From the NCBI GenBank assembly GCA_037447605.1, contig CM074822.1:271492-335491 (forward strand): a stretch of 64,000 bases of DNA, in the 5' to 3' direction. Origin of the DNA: Zygnema circumcarinatum SAG 698-1b (taxonomy: Eukaryota; Plantae; Zygnematophyceae). The notes under the pieces were generated by a model. That model was not told the DNA's origin. It did no database searches and saw only the letters and a program-made list of their open reading frames with translations. Numbering within the stretch: the first letter of the stretch is position 1; each line of letters opens with the position of its first letter. The translations under genes and the position numbers were made by a program. This document shows, piece after piece, positions 23,433-36,753 of the stretch.

Positions 23433-25592
23433 CTAGTGGTTTCCTGTCCCTGTAACCCCCAACGCCTTCCCAAGCCTCTCCATGGCGCCAAGGGGCGCCT
23501 TCACTGCCTCCTCAATCCTTGTAGAAGCAGGACGAGGAGGAGGAGGAGGAGGAGCAGCCATGGTCACCACCACCTTCCCAGTAGCATGACCCTCCTTGCT
23601 CTTCGCCCAAGCCTCTCCAGCACTCTTGAACTCATGGCTAGAGTCAACAATAGTCTTCAGTTTCCCCTCCTTTGCAAGAGCAGCCACATACGACAAATCT
23701 TCTGCAGTCGGTAGAAGCACGCACGACAGCAGCTTCTTTCCTCCAAAGAAGGAGAGCGCGCTGGCTGCTGATAGGGCGAGGGTTTTAGGTTTTGGAAGGA
23801 GGTTTACGCACTTCCCATTGGCTGTCAGGACCTTCTGAGTCATCGTCCAAGAGCTATCTCCCTTTTGTGTTGCATCAAGAATGACATCGTAAAGCTTCCC
23901 TGAAGGACTCTTCCACTCTGCCCCCTCCGGCGAGCGGTAGTCGAGCACTTCGTCCGCGCCGAGTTCCTTCACAAGAGCAAAGTTTCGCTCTGAACATGTC
24001 GCCGTCACGTGTGCGCCGGCCAACTTGGCAATCTGCAACTTAGCAATTGTCAGGCAAACTATCAGAAAAGTAAATCACATCAAGTTTCTCTCATCAATAG
24101 TTGAACCGCACTTTCCAGTGTGAACAACAACCAGTAGCTATTGGTTGTTGTTCAGGTATGTGAGTGCAAGTTTAGAGGCGTGCTATTGAAGCTATTGTTC
24201 AACACTTACTTGGACAGCGTAAGTGCCCACTCCTCCAGACGCTCCGGCAATGAGGATGTTCCCTTTGTAACTGCCATCTATCTTGACTCCTCCAAAGTTG
24301 CGGAGAGCCTGCAGAGCTGTGAGAGCAGCCACTGGAAAGCAGGCAGCAGTTTCTGGGGAGATTTCACTGGGCCGCTTGGCTGCTATCTTGACATTTAGTG
24401 TGGCGTATTCTGCAAATGCGCCGCCACTCTGAACAGACCTCAACACAAAGAAAAGCTCAGCAACTGCAGATTAGGTCTTTCTGAACTGCGCTCTGTATGT
24501 AGGCACATGTGATCATCTTTTGTTGAACAAAGATACCATTCGTTATCTTGCAACAGACAGGCTAGGAACAGTTTGAGCGAAGTATTTTTCAAATCGTTCT
24601 CTTCAAACTAAACTGAGAATATCAGAAGGTCGAATGCAAGCGTAACTTGAATGCACGGAGTCAAATACTACTACTGCTGCTGCTACTGGAAAAGCGAAGT
24701 CTGTAAGCTTGTGAACGTGTATTTTCAACGAGCTAATGGGTGACAAGAGCAAACAGAGAAAGAGAAATGAGATGTAAACGAATGTTCATGAAAACAAGCC
24801 GCGGAGGAACAATGAACTAAAACGCTTACGGGTACATCAAGAGCTCCAAAAACTTGATCTCCAACTGCAAAGCTCTTCTCTGTTCCAGGTCCGAGTGATA
24901 CGACTTCTCCTGCGATATCAGTACCTGCATGGGTACATAGAGCGGTTTGACAGTTGAAGGATAATTTCAACGAAAGGGAGAGCGAGTTTAACTTTGGGTT
25001 AAAGAATTGTCTCTCGGAAAAACGGATCTTAATTCCATAGTCATCGTCTTGGCAAAACCTCAACCAAAATCCATACCTGGAACAAACGGAAACTTAGGCG
25101 GTAAAGCCGGTTTCAAGAACCCGTCCTGAATCTTCCAATCGATGGGATTGACACTGAGTGCTTGTATCTTCACCAAAAGATAATTCGCCTTAGGAGTGGG
25201 CACTAACTTGTCGTCCACCTTCTGTAAAGCAGCAACACTACCAGCGTCAGAAAAAAAAAAAAAAAATGAAGTTGTCAATGCTGATAGAAACTACTGATAC
25301 TGATACTCGATTTTAGTAAAAATGGACCTTTCCTTGACATATGTGATAAAGCATTTTAGACTCTTGTTTTGATAAAGGAGCTTATGATCCGGATATCAGT
25401 GTATAGTTGCAATATTGATATGGAAATCGACATGTATCCGACTGAATCATTTCAAGCAGCGTTTGATCGATCTCTTAAGTGACTCGCTAGCAAGGAAAGC
25501 TTTTCAAAGCAGCTCGCCTTCAATACTTCGGGACCTCCTCCGTACTGTGAATACTGCCATGCTTCCATGGTCTTGGGAATGTCTGCCGCCAT
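23433..25592 (-). CDS. CEQORH: ceQORH paralog 2, 375 aa, with C-terminal extension
   Basis: Exons 25592-25518 (GC donor), 25221-25077, 24924-24836, 24428-24210, 24032-23433. First four exons have the same lengths as in paralog 1 (75, 145, 89, 219). Confidence 0.92.
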
Positions 25593-26434
25593 TCTGCGCA
25601 GGTAAATAACCAAAACCTACTGAAACCTGCAAAATGAAGTTCAAATCTGCGCCTGAATCAGCTCGCTCGGTTGATAATCTTTCGATGAATAATCTTACAC
25701 CACTGAAAGAAAACTTCGTGACAATCTTTGAAATCTTCACCCAAGATATGCAGAGTTCTGACAAACAATCTAGCTCCTGGAAAGCTGTATACGCGACAGG
25801 TAGCACAAGTCCCGAAGAAAAAATCTGCAGAACACGGCAGCAGAGTGGTTGTGAATCGCCACGTACAGGGCGAGCCATGGCTGCCCTGCGGCAAGTGGCA
25901 GGAGGAGGAGACAGGTAGCGCCGCTGCAGGGAGAGAGGCAGCCATGGCCGGACACGTGTGGGGGAGGAGACTCAGAGTCACCACGTGGAGGTCCCACAGA
26001 GCCAGCAAAATCTCGACCTTTGTACGTTTTGGACACAGTTGGACACCATGGCTAAGTGCTCCTTTTGACCATGACCATGACTGAATTGTTTGCTTGCTCG
26101 TAACTAAATCCTCCTTTGACCATTACTGAACTGCCTCGTTTATGCCATTACTACTAGGGATTCATTTGTGTATGGGCTGGCTTTCATGTTTATAGCATGT
26201 TTTGAGTTTGATGTTGGATGGCTTCAGGTTTGCAGACTGTTTGATGTCACTCATGGAGGCAGAACGGAATCAATTTATTAAGCTTTTCAGTAACTCAATT
26301 CTGCAGGTCTCAGTCGGGGATTGTGGCCACAATAGTGTACAAACTGTGCCAATCAAACACTAATAACATAAAAAGCTTCTACTGTTGCTCTGTTTCCTTC
26401 CCAATTCTAACACATCTTTGAGGTCGACTGCTTT

Positions 26435-29400
26435 TCAAAACGTCCTCGTAGTACTGCCTCCACCTTGCAGGTGCTCCTCTTTGAAAACTTCCCCCATGGA
26501 CCTCTGCCTAGATCTAATTTTACATAGAACCATATCCTTCTCCACCCAAGCTCCACCCCTCGAACTCCTCTTGAAACCCTAAAAAACTCGTAACCCTAAA
26601 ACTGCATACGACTCAAAAGACCTTCATCCAAAGCCTTACATTACCTCATCCCAAGGTTGGCTAGTCACTACCGACTCCCTCCCATCTCCCCTCCCCTCTC
26701 CCCTCCCCTCTCCCTCTCCCATTGCTCCATTCTCCTCTCCCCCTCCCCACCTTCTCTCCAACGCACTCCCTGCCCCTTCAAGAGAGGAGGCTGCCTGCTG
26801 TGCCATCTCCCGCGCGTGCTGAGCCATATGCAAACTTTCTTGCATTGAAGAAAGCTGCAGACGCATAGAACGCGCTTCAGCTTCCAACTGAGCCGTCTAC
26901 AAGGTCAAACCACCATAGAAACTCACACTCGATTAGCAATCTTGTAACACCTGTCATGCTGCAACTCCTATTAACATAAGCAGAAAAAATCTCATTCTCT
27001 CACCTTCCGCAAAAGCTCGTGCTTCTCCTCCTTCTCCCGGGCAGCCACATCCTCTGCTTGATCGACAAGCATGGCAGCCTCTGCTCTCACTTCAGCGATG
27101 TTTTCCAGTCTCCTTTCCGCTCCCTCCAAATTTCTTCCCAGTTCTGTTACCTGCAACAATATCCTCAACTTTTGCTTCACACCCTGAACCTAAAGCCACA
27201 CGAGAACCTCCAACTGCTCGTACTGTCCGTAATTTTTAGTAATATTAGGGTTAACAAGTCCTCGACCCTTCGTACAAACATGAAATTAGGACCCACCTTT
27301 GACAGATAGCATCATAAAAACGAACATCTTAATCTTCAAGACTTTTGAAAACCCTAAATGTTCCGACCCCTATTTGCAGATGTGTTTGTGGGAGAGTCTC
27401 CCACCTGTCCCCTAAGCAGCGCCATCTCCTCCGATGCACCCCGGAGTTCCTCCTCCAATATCTTCCCGCGAGCCTCTGCCGTGTCCTTCTCCTTTCGCAG
27501 CCTCTCCACCTCCTGACTAAACTCCGCCATGGCTGTCTGCAGCTCCTGCGTTCTCCTCGCCTCCTCCTCCGCAAGAGCCTGAAGGTGAGAGACGATTGGG
27601 AGAGTGTGAAGTGGTGGTGGAGGGTGAGGCAGGGAGGGAGATGGAGAGGGAGATGAGGTGGGAGAGAGAGAGGCAGTGGGAGAGGGAGTGGGGGAGGGGG
27701 AGGGGAGGGAGGGGGAGGGGGAGGGGAGGGAGGGGAAGGGGAGGGGGAGGGGGAGGGGGAGGGGGAGGGGGAGGGGGAGGGGGAGGGGGAGGGGGAGGGG
27801 GAGGGGAGGGAGGGGGAGGGGGAGGGGGAGGGGAGGGAGGGAGAGGGAGAGGGCGAGGGCGCGGGCAAGGGAGAGGGAGAGGGAGAGAGCGAGGGAGAAG
27901 CGAGTGGGACAAGAGACCCCACCTCGGACTCCTCCTTGTACGAGACTAGCAGGGTGACCGCCTCCGCCATGTGTTTGGCCTCTCTCTTTGCCGCCACGAG
28001 CTCCCCATAGAGCGTGTCCAGCGCCTTCTCCGCCTCTCCCACCGCCCTCTTCAGCGCCGCCGCCATCGATTGGTTGTCCTCTAGCGCGCCACTTGTCGCC
28101 TCCAGCTGCGCCCGCGCGGCGCCGACCGCCTTCTGTTCGACTTCCAGCGAAGCCCTAACTTCTGCCAGCATGGCCGCCAGCTCAGCATTTTTTCGTTTCA
28201 CCATATGAAGTTCCACCGCCACGTCAGCATTCGCCGCCTCCATCTGAGTCGTCGATGTTGTCAGGTCAGCCATTTGGCTTCGAAACGCCGCTAGTTCAGC
28301 TGCCACGTCAGCTCGCGTCCGTTCGCTTTCTTCAAGGTCAGTAGAAAGCTTCCTCTCTCTCTCCCTGCTCGCCGCCGCCTCGCTCTCTCTCTCCCTCACC
28401 TCTCCCTCCATTCTCTTTAACTCTTCAGCCAGCTGCTCTTCCTCTCGCACCTTCCCTGCAATGACCTCCCGCAGCTTCTCTATGTCTCCCTTCATCTTCT
28501 CTACCTGCATGTTTCTCTCTCTCACCGTCTTATTAGCGTCATCCAGAGCTTCAGAAATCTCTCCCTTCTCCTTCTCTAAAAGTCTTGAACCCTCCTCAGC
28601 CCTTACAAGCTCCTCCTTCAACACTCTGACCTCTCTCTCCTTCTCCTGCTTCTCCCTCTCTACCTCCTCCAGCACCTTTACCGCCAAGACTGCCTCTCCC
28701 TCCAACTCCTTCACTCTCTCTTCCGCTACCAATCTCCCTCTCTTCTCACCTGAAATGAGCTCCCGCAGCTTCTGTATGTCTCCCTTCACCGCCTCTACCT
28801 CCATGCTTCTCTCTCTTACCATCTCATTAGCTTCATCCAGAGCCACAGAAATCTCTCCCTTCTTCTTCTCTAGAATTCTAGAACCCTCTTCAACCTTCAC
28901 AAGCTCCTCCTTCAACATTCTGACCTCTCCCTCTTTTTCCTGCTTCTCCCTCTCTACCTCCTCCAACACTTTTACCGCCAAGGCTGCCTCTCTCTCCAAC
29001 TCCTTCACTCTCTCTTCCGCTACCACTCTTTCTCTCTCACTCAACTCCACCATCTCCGTCCACTCCTCCACCTCCTTCTCTTTCTCCCTCACCTTCTCCC
29101 ACGCTGCCTTCATCTCTCCTCTCACCTTCTCCAGTTCCCTTTCCTTCTCCTCACTCATTCTCACTCCCTCCTCCACCTTCGACTCCATCTCCCTCTTCTC
29201 AGCCTCCTTCCTCTCCGCCTCTTTCTCCCTCTCTTCCACCACATCTCTCAGCTCCTTCATCCTCCTCTCCCTCTCCTCTACCGCTTCCTGCATCTCCTCC
29301 AACTTCCCACTCATCTCCGCCACCATTCTTGTTCTACTCAGAAGCTCTCCACTCATTCTGCTCACATCCTCCTCCAGCTGCCTCTCTCTCACTTCTGCCT

Positions 29401-32187
29401 CTCCCACTCTCCCCTCCAACACCCCTCTCTCACATGCTGCGTCTCCTAACAGCCCCTCTAAAACTACCACCTGTCGTTCTAGCTGACTCGATGCCTCCGT
29501 CTGTAATTCCAAATTACCCTCCAAAGCTTTGCCTGCAAAGACACAACCCTATTATTAAAACTACTGTTCAACAAAATTAGGGTATGCACATTAGTATCAC
29601 AGCTACTTCTTGTAAAAGTTTTAGGGTTTCCACTCACTGCGAGCCTCCTGGGCTACCAGCTGTTGGCGTAGTGCATCCTGCTCCTCTCTCGCTTCACTCC
29701 TCCCTCCTGCCTCCCTCCTCTGCATCTCTGTCAGCTGCTGCCTCAGACTTGCTCCAATTCGCTCATCTTCCACCTCCCTCTGCTTGTATTCCTCCTCCCT
29801 CTGCTTGTACTCCTTCTCCCTTTGCTTGTATTCCTCCTCCATTTGCTTATATTCCTCCTCCGTTTGCTTGAATTCCACCTCAGCCTGCATCGTTAAAGAA
29901 AATCACAAGATTGGGTAGGGTTTTTTTCTTTTTGTTTCTGGTGTGTTTTTCCTTTTGTGATTATCTCCCTTTGCTGCCACTATTAGACCTCCCGGAATTT
30001 GAGTGAAATGCCGTACCTTGGCCAACGCAGAAACAGCTTCTGATTTTCGTTTTTGTTCCGTAAACCACAACCCTCCAAATCCGGCAGCTGGAAGGCCGGC
30101 AATTGCCAGGAAGGAGAACGGGACTGATTCCAAAAATGCGGATTTCTAAATATACAAAAATAGATGAATATCAACCCCCCCCCGCCCACCCCCCCCAAAA
30201 AAAAACCCATGAATGAAAACGCAATGTAAGACCAATGGTTTTGTCCAGTTAAGTCTCTCTTCATGGTCAGAGGGCAGAGGTGGTTATATCTCAATGCAGC
30301 TCATTATAGAGGAGAGCGAGGGAGATAAGTGTGTGAGAGAGAGGGGGGAGAGGAGTGAGAGAACGAGAAAGGGAGCAAACATACCTCAACAATGAGCTCT
30401 TTTAATTGGTCCGCTGCCCCAACAGGTTGCCCTATGCTAGTAGAAACCTTATTGCTAGGAGACAAAACTTCCTCCAACCCTTCTTCCTCCTCCAATTTCG
30501 ACCTCCCCTCCTCTTCTCTTTCCTCTCCCTCCGGCTGCTCCAACTGCGGTCTCCCGCTGTCTACCACTCCCGCTGCCCTCTCTCCCTCTCCCACACCCGT
30601 CCCTTCACTGCCCTCCATTTGTATGTTAGCTTCAACCTTCTCCTTCTCTGAACTCTCCATCTCTTTCGCTCCTTTCGCTTCCTCCTCCTCCTTTGCCACA
30701 CTCCCCTGCTGAGCTCTCTCCTCTCTTTCTCTTTCCAGCTGCTGCTCTGCCTTCACCCTCCTCTCCTCCTCTGCCTTCACCCTCCTCTCCTCCTCTGCCT
30801 TCACCCTCCTCTCCTCCTCTGCCTTCACCCTCCTCTCCTCCTCTGCCTTCACCCTCCTCTCCTCCTCTGCCTTCACCCTCCTCTCCTCCTCTGCCTTCAC
30901 CCTCCTCTCCTCCTCTGCCTTCACCCTCCTCTCCTCCTCTGCCTTCACCCTCCTCTCCTCCTCTGCCTTCACCCTCCTCTCCTCCTCTGCCTTCACCCTC
31001 CTCTCCTCCTCTGCCTTCACCCTCCTCTCCTCCTCTGCCTTCACCCTCCTCTCCTCCTCTGCCTTCACCCTCCTCTCCTCCTCTGCCTTCACCCTCTCCT
31101 CCTCTGCCTTCACCCTCCTCTCCTCCTCTGCCTTCACCCTCCTCTCCTCCTCTGCCTTCACCCTCCTCTCCTCCTCTACCTTCACCCTCCTCTCCTCCTC
31201 TGCCTTCACCCTCCTCTCCTCCTCTACTTCTCTCTCCTTCTGCTTCGCTGCTTCCACCCGCCTCTCCTCTTCTTTCTCTCTCTCTCTCCGCTGCTCCACC
31301 TCCGCCCTTCTCCTCTCCTCCTCTCTTTTTTTCTCCAACTCTTCCCGCATTTGCTGCTCCTCTGCCCGCACCTTTGCCTCCCTCTCTTCCACCTCTCCTA
31401 CCCCCACCACTCCCTCCCTCCCCTGGCCCTCCTCTCTCTCTCCCACACTCATATCCTGCTCTTGTGCCTCTCCTCCCTCCAGCCTACCTGTCCCACTCTC
31501 TTCCTTCTTCGCCCCCTTTTTCTTCTGCGGAACCTTAAGTCCCAACATATCCAAAGCCGCATCCTTTACCGCTTCGACATCTCTCAGAACTTGTTCCAAC
31601 TTGTCTCCATCTGTAAACAATAAGAGCGAAGTTTTAAGAATTTTATACTATGAACTTCTAACCCTAAACAAAGCAGTTTTTCAAAACACTGAATGCCCCC
31701 AATTTCCATTTTCTATTTCACGTACTTCACCTGGTCTTAAGTTATTTTTTCTTCTTAAGAAGAGCTCACCGGCAGATGATGAAATTGTGGAATCTTCAAC
31801 GAAAGCATACGAACGCTCCTCCGACAAAAAAAAGGACCCCAATGCGAATGAAGAAATTATCCTCCTCCGAGAAAGCTTCAATTTTGACAACTTCCTTTCA
31901 GCAATTTCTTGCTCTTCCAATTTCCCTTTACTGTTTTCTTTTCTGGGCCCTTCTAAAGAGGTCTCCGGGACCCCCTGCCCCCTCTTTACCTCCGAAGAAC
32001 AATCCACTTCGGAAAATGAATGTGGTCCGGATTTCGAACCAGATACATCCAGGAGCCTCGGCCGCACCTGGGCCGTCCCGGAGTCTCCGAGAGCCTGACA
32101 CCTGGCAGCGTTAAAGTGGGTCGGCGTACATCTGACGTCAGCACGACCAATGGGAGCTGCTCTTCGCAGGGGAGCGGCGGAGAGCAT
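26435..32187 (-). CDS. Large plastid-targeted coiled-coil membrane protein, MFP1-like, ~1460 aa
   Basis: Exons 32187-31731, 31610-30385, 30145-30017, 29884-29638, 29532-27923, 27578-27405, 27150-27004, 26887-26645, 26578-26435 (phase-consistent; start and last two exons less certain). Transit-peptide-like N-terminus, RRR + hydrophobic stretch + SYA, one TM (PFSFLAIAGLPAAGFGGLWF), then long heptad coiled coil: the MFP1 domain order. Confidence 0.65.
30746..31225 (-). repeat. Coding 24-bp tandem repeat (~20 copies) encoding EEERRVKA
   Basis: Plus-strand unit CTCTGCCTTCACCCTCCTCTCCTC; one 21-bp unit and one A>V variant; frame preserved. Confidence 0.9.
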
Positions 32188-34047
32188 GCTGACGTGGCAT
32201 GGCCCAGCTGGCTGCCTGCCTGGTGGCCCCGAGAGGACGCCACGTGGCACCGGCGAGCACGCGCGGTGGAGGTCCTGAGTGACAGGTGGCATGCTGAGGA
32301 GGCTCCAGCTGGCGTACCCCCCCAATTATGCTCCTTTGGTCCTCGCACGTGCGTGGTGGGAGAGGAGGAATGGGAGGGGGATGGAGAATAGGAAGGAAAG
32401 GAGGGAGAGGGAGAGGGAGAGGGGGAGGGAGAGGGCGAGGGATGGAGAGACAGAGGTGGGAGAAGAGGAAGGAGAAGGAAAGGGAGAAAAAGAGCTACAA
32501 GGAAGGGAGAGGGAAATTTGGGGGGGGGGGGGGGAAGGCAGGAGGGAGGGGGGTGAGGAAGGAGAGGAAGGCAAAGGGGGATAGGGGGATAGAGGAGGCA
32601 GAAGAGGGAGAAGGGGAGGTAGTGGCAGTGAGGAGGGAGATAGAGGAGAGGGAGAGGGAGAGGGAGAGGGAGTGGGAGAGGGAGAGGTAGCAGTGGCGCG
32701 GTGTCCTACTTTGGATGCGGATGAGAGTACGGACGGATATGGGCCGCAGGTATCGGAGACGGGAAGACACGTGGCAGACAGCCAATGGAAGTCGTATGCT
32801 ACACGTGTGAATTGTTGGCACTGTGCTGACGTGCCAAAATAGGGCTCCCGCGCGTGTGAGTCGTCGCGGCGATTGGGGATGTGTGCTTAATGTAGAACGG
32901 AAAGCCAATAATAGAACGCCACGTAGCATGACTAGTACTAGGCGCCACATGCACTATTTGACCGTTTGAAAAGCAAAACTGGAGGGATGAAGACCGTACG
33001 AAAATTTACGAACATGTACGGTACCTGCTTTCTCCATTGCGAGAAATACGCAAGCATCGCCCAATGAGAACTCTCCACGTGATGAATTCTAATTGGAGGG
33101 TTTTGCTTCTATTGTTAAGTCGTGTTTTTAGGGTTTTTAGGCTTTTTAGGGTTTTAGTAGTAGTAGCGGCGATGTAGTATATAGTACACTAGCGGTTCGT
33201 GGCCATGGCCCATCATGGCATGGATCATGGATGGCCACGATGGGGATGAGGCATGCGCATGGCCCATGGGGCATGGGGCTGCATCCCATGGGGCACATGG
33301 GTCAACCCATTGGATGCCAATGGTTGCCTACCATTCAAATGGTTGCCAACCATTGGCCGTGCAGCATTGCCATCCAATGGTTATCCAATGGTTGGCCCGA
33401 CGGTGTCCGTGCAGGTGTACGCGGCATGGCATGGCACCGCATGGCATGGTACATGATAATTTAGTACAGTAGCCTCATCGGCGGATCTATGTGGTTGAAC
33501 TGTCGTTTAACAAATTTTCCCACGTGGAACGCCAGCCAGCCGGCTGAGGAAATCTCTCCCCTCTGGAAAGGAGGGGAGAGGGATCGCCTGCGCGTGAGGG
33601 CGTTGGTCTTTAATCTGAGGGAATATCGTCTTCTTTGTTGACTGACCCAAGGGAGGAGGTGGGGTACTTCAACAGCTCTGATCTACTCAAAAAATTGTAG
33701 GTGGTGTCTTTGTCAATTGGACGATGCAATGTATGCTGGAAATGAAGGCTGAAAATTCTGTGTTCTGCGAGGCTTCATCGTCTGCACTTCTGCTCGGCTT
33801 TCTTAGGGTTTGAGAGAGAGCGAGAGAGGGAGAAACAGAGAGAGGGAGAGGGATCGTTGGTTTCAACAAGCCGAGAGAGTGAGAAAAGGCGACCGTTGGC
33901 GGGTAATTAAGAGGTGAGAGTGAGAGATACTGAGGGAAGCTAAAAGAGTGGTAGTGACAGTTAGAGAGAGAACGAGAGAGAGGGAGGAGTATCCTGCGCG
34001 GTCTCCTCCCACCATTCAACTTAGCTCTGCGACCGAACCCCCGTTCC

Positions 34048-35732
34048 ATGGCTTTTAGGGTTTCCTCGCTCCTCTCTGGGGAGCCCTCAGTTCAAGCCCT
34101 AAGCAGAAGCTGCTGCTGTTGCAGCCGCCCTTTGCAAGCCAGTCCTTGTTTCCTTCCCTTTGTTAGTCGGAGAAACATAAACTGTAACGGAAATAGAACA
34201 GTGGGGAGAAACGGAAACGGAAACTGGAGCTCCCTGCGGCTAGTTCGGAAAAATTCTGTTCAGTCGCTAATAGCGGAGCCTGAACCGGAGCACGAACAGA
34301 AGGCGGATGAGTTCGCGAAACGGCTCGAGCAGTCATGGGACATTCGCAAGGTGGGGATCAGAAATTTAGGGTTTTTTTTTAGGAGTAGGGATATGCCCTT
34401 CCTTCATAATAACTCAAAAATTTCCTTCGTTTTTTTGTGATTTTAGGTATTTGGGTTTTTGAGGTCTTGGAATGTTGCAGGTGGGTTAGGTTGGGTTGTT
34501 CTATGCCCCTCCGTTCTATGCCTACCCGTCAGTTCTATCTCCGTCTCACGGCTCTATTATGTGCCGGCTTCTGAATACTGCTTCAGAAATTAAAACACTT
34601 CAATGACGACCTTTTTTCCGGTTATGAACTTAAAAATAGACCTCAGGATACTTTAATCCGAACAAATTGATAAGATTTTTCAAGTTTCCTAAACTGGGCT
34701 AGTTATAAAATTTGGCTTCTAAGCTTTATTTTAATCCCTGCAGCAACCTGTACCCAAAGCATGTGAAACATGCTGCGCGCAAGGCTCAACGGAATGTCCT
34801 TGGTGTCAAGGCACGGGATTTTTCATATTGGGAGATAACATGCTGTGCGAAGTGCCTTCAAGAAACACAACGTGCCGGATTTGCAATGGGAATGTAAGCA
34901 GTTTTCATTTCTAGAAACGGTTCTTTTTTTACACTTTTGGTCCTTTTCAAGCGAGGAAGCTTTATTGTTCGTGGGGTGTTACTTCACGCGTCTGAGAGGG
35001 AAACTTTTTTCATTTTTTTGAAAAATAAAAGAGAGAGAGAGGAAGAGAGGGAGAAAGAGAGGGAGAGAGGAAGAGAGGGAGAGAGGGAGAGAGAGAGAGA
35101 GGCGTCGTCTGAGAAGGAGGGAGGGGGTGAGGGAGAGGAGGGGAGGGGGGAGGGAAGGGAGGAAGGAGGGGATGAGGGTTAAAGTGGGTTCTATAGAAAT
35201 AGTGAGGGAATGTTCATTCCGGGCTTGGTCGATCATTCATTTCCTTACATGGGAAACCTCAATTCCAAGGAGTATTATGTTTAGTTTTAGGTATTATGTG
35301 TTATACTAATATTATGTTATTTGTATTACAAGTATTATGGATTATGTTTTTCTATGTGAGCGCTTCAGTCTTAATGTCCTGTTAAGGCCGTCGTTACAAT
35401 GCAGACCACCAATCATGTTATGTCCGATATTAATCGCTCGTTTATTTTAATCCCTATTGCCAATAGTGCTTCCTCAACAGCATCCAGTTAGCATGGCTTA
35501 TCCAAACCAATTTAAGATAAGTTAAGCTAAGTTAAGTTAGTTAGTTAAGTTGGTTTGTCAGTTGAGCTAAGTTAAGTTCAGTTTAGTCACGTGTCTAATT
35601 TGGCATGTTGGGTTGGAGAGGTTGCAGGGCACAATCCAATGTTCAGATTGTAAAGGGACAGGCTTCCGTGCTCGCTGGATGGGGCAGCCGCCCAGCACGG
35701 AGACACATGGAGGGGAACAGTTGAAACGGTGA
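34048..35732 (+). CDS. Plastid DnaJ-type cysteine-rich zinc finger protein, 185 aa
   Basis: Exons 34048-34350, 34744-34893, 35628-35732. CETCCAQG..CPWCQGTGFFILGDNMLCEVPSRNTTCRICNGNG..CSDCKGTGFRARW gives four CxxCxGxG-like repeats; Ser/Arg-rich transit-peptide-like N-terminus. Confidence 0.9.
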
Positions 35733-36753
35733 CGGAACGGTAAACAGGAACTGAACGGAAACGGCCATGGAAATGGAACGGTGTCAGAAAAGAGGTCATA
35801 GGGCCAATCCTTCACCGAAAAAAAAGCAAGAGTAGCGTACAGACTAAGCAGCGATTAAGAAGGAGACTGAGAGAAAAGGCTGAGACAATTGCTTGGTCCT
35901 GTTTTTTTTGGTCCGCGAGTCGTCGGAGAGAAAGTGGGGTCTCCCGATCTGAGCTAGTGGTAGTAGTCGCAGATAATGGGAAAACATTTTTTTCATGTTT
36001 CAAGTTTTTTGATAATATGTACATAATTTGTATGTTCTAATCAATGGTCTGCAAGCGTTCAAGCAGCAACGGGTGAAGACGTTCACTTCATACTTTTGTG
36101 ACGCACTCGCATCTGATCTCATCCTCTCTCTCTCGTTCTCTCGTTCTCTCACTGTCTCTTTTTCACACTCTCTCTCCCTCTCCTCCCCCTCGCCCCACCT
36201 CCCTTCTCTCTTTCTCTCTCTACCTTCATTTGGACCTTCCAAATATTCTTTTTTGAATGTGATGTGAATACTCTGTACGAAAAACACAACGTCCGTTTTT
36301 CTGCACATGACAACTCGCACCGAGTATGATACTCAGCGAAGCTTACATTCAATAAAGTGTACCCCGATAGAGGCAATATTCAATTAAGTGTACTCACAGT
36401 GTCAAGTTTTTCAACGTAATTTTGTGAGCTGATCCCAATCCCTTTCTAGTGCCATTTTTTAAGAAAAAACAACGTTCCATTTGATGCCCACATGAACCCT
36501 TCCACTCGTCTACAGACAGAGAAGATACCCATCACCAAAAACCAAAATTCCTTAGAACTCCAAAAACCCCTCGTAAAGTGCCAAGCATTCGATATCTTAC
36601 AACTGCCAAACGCGGCAAGTTCCCTTCCCTTTCCTGCAATGGGGGAGGAACAGTTTCTAAAGAAAGGAAGAACCAAAGGAAAAGGTAAAAAGAAGAAAAG
36701 TAAAAATGAAAGATACAATGAGAACAAGTGCTACTTCTTTTTCTATTTTTGGG

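Noticed and set aside
27329-27922. Pro-rich C-terminus of the 731-aa ORF
   Set aside because: Read-through into a C-rich intron (donor after 27923, acceptor before 27578); the coiled coil resumes in another frame.
33125-33155. TTTAGGG-like runs (also 14500-14515, 40800-40830, 47035-47076) as interstitial telomere
   Set aside because: Only 1-3 imperfect units each, near gene 5' ends or intron edges; consistent with ordinary telo-box-like motifs.
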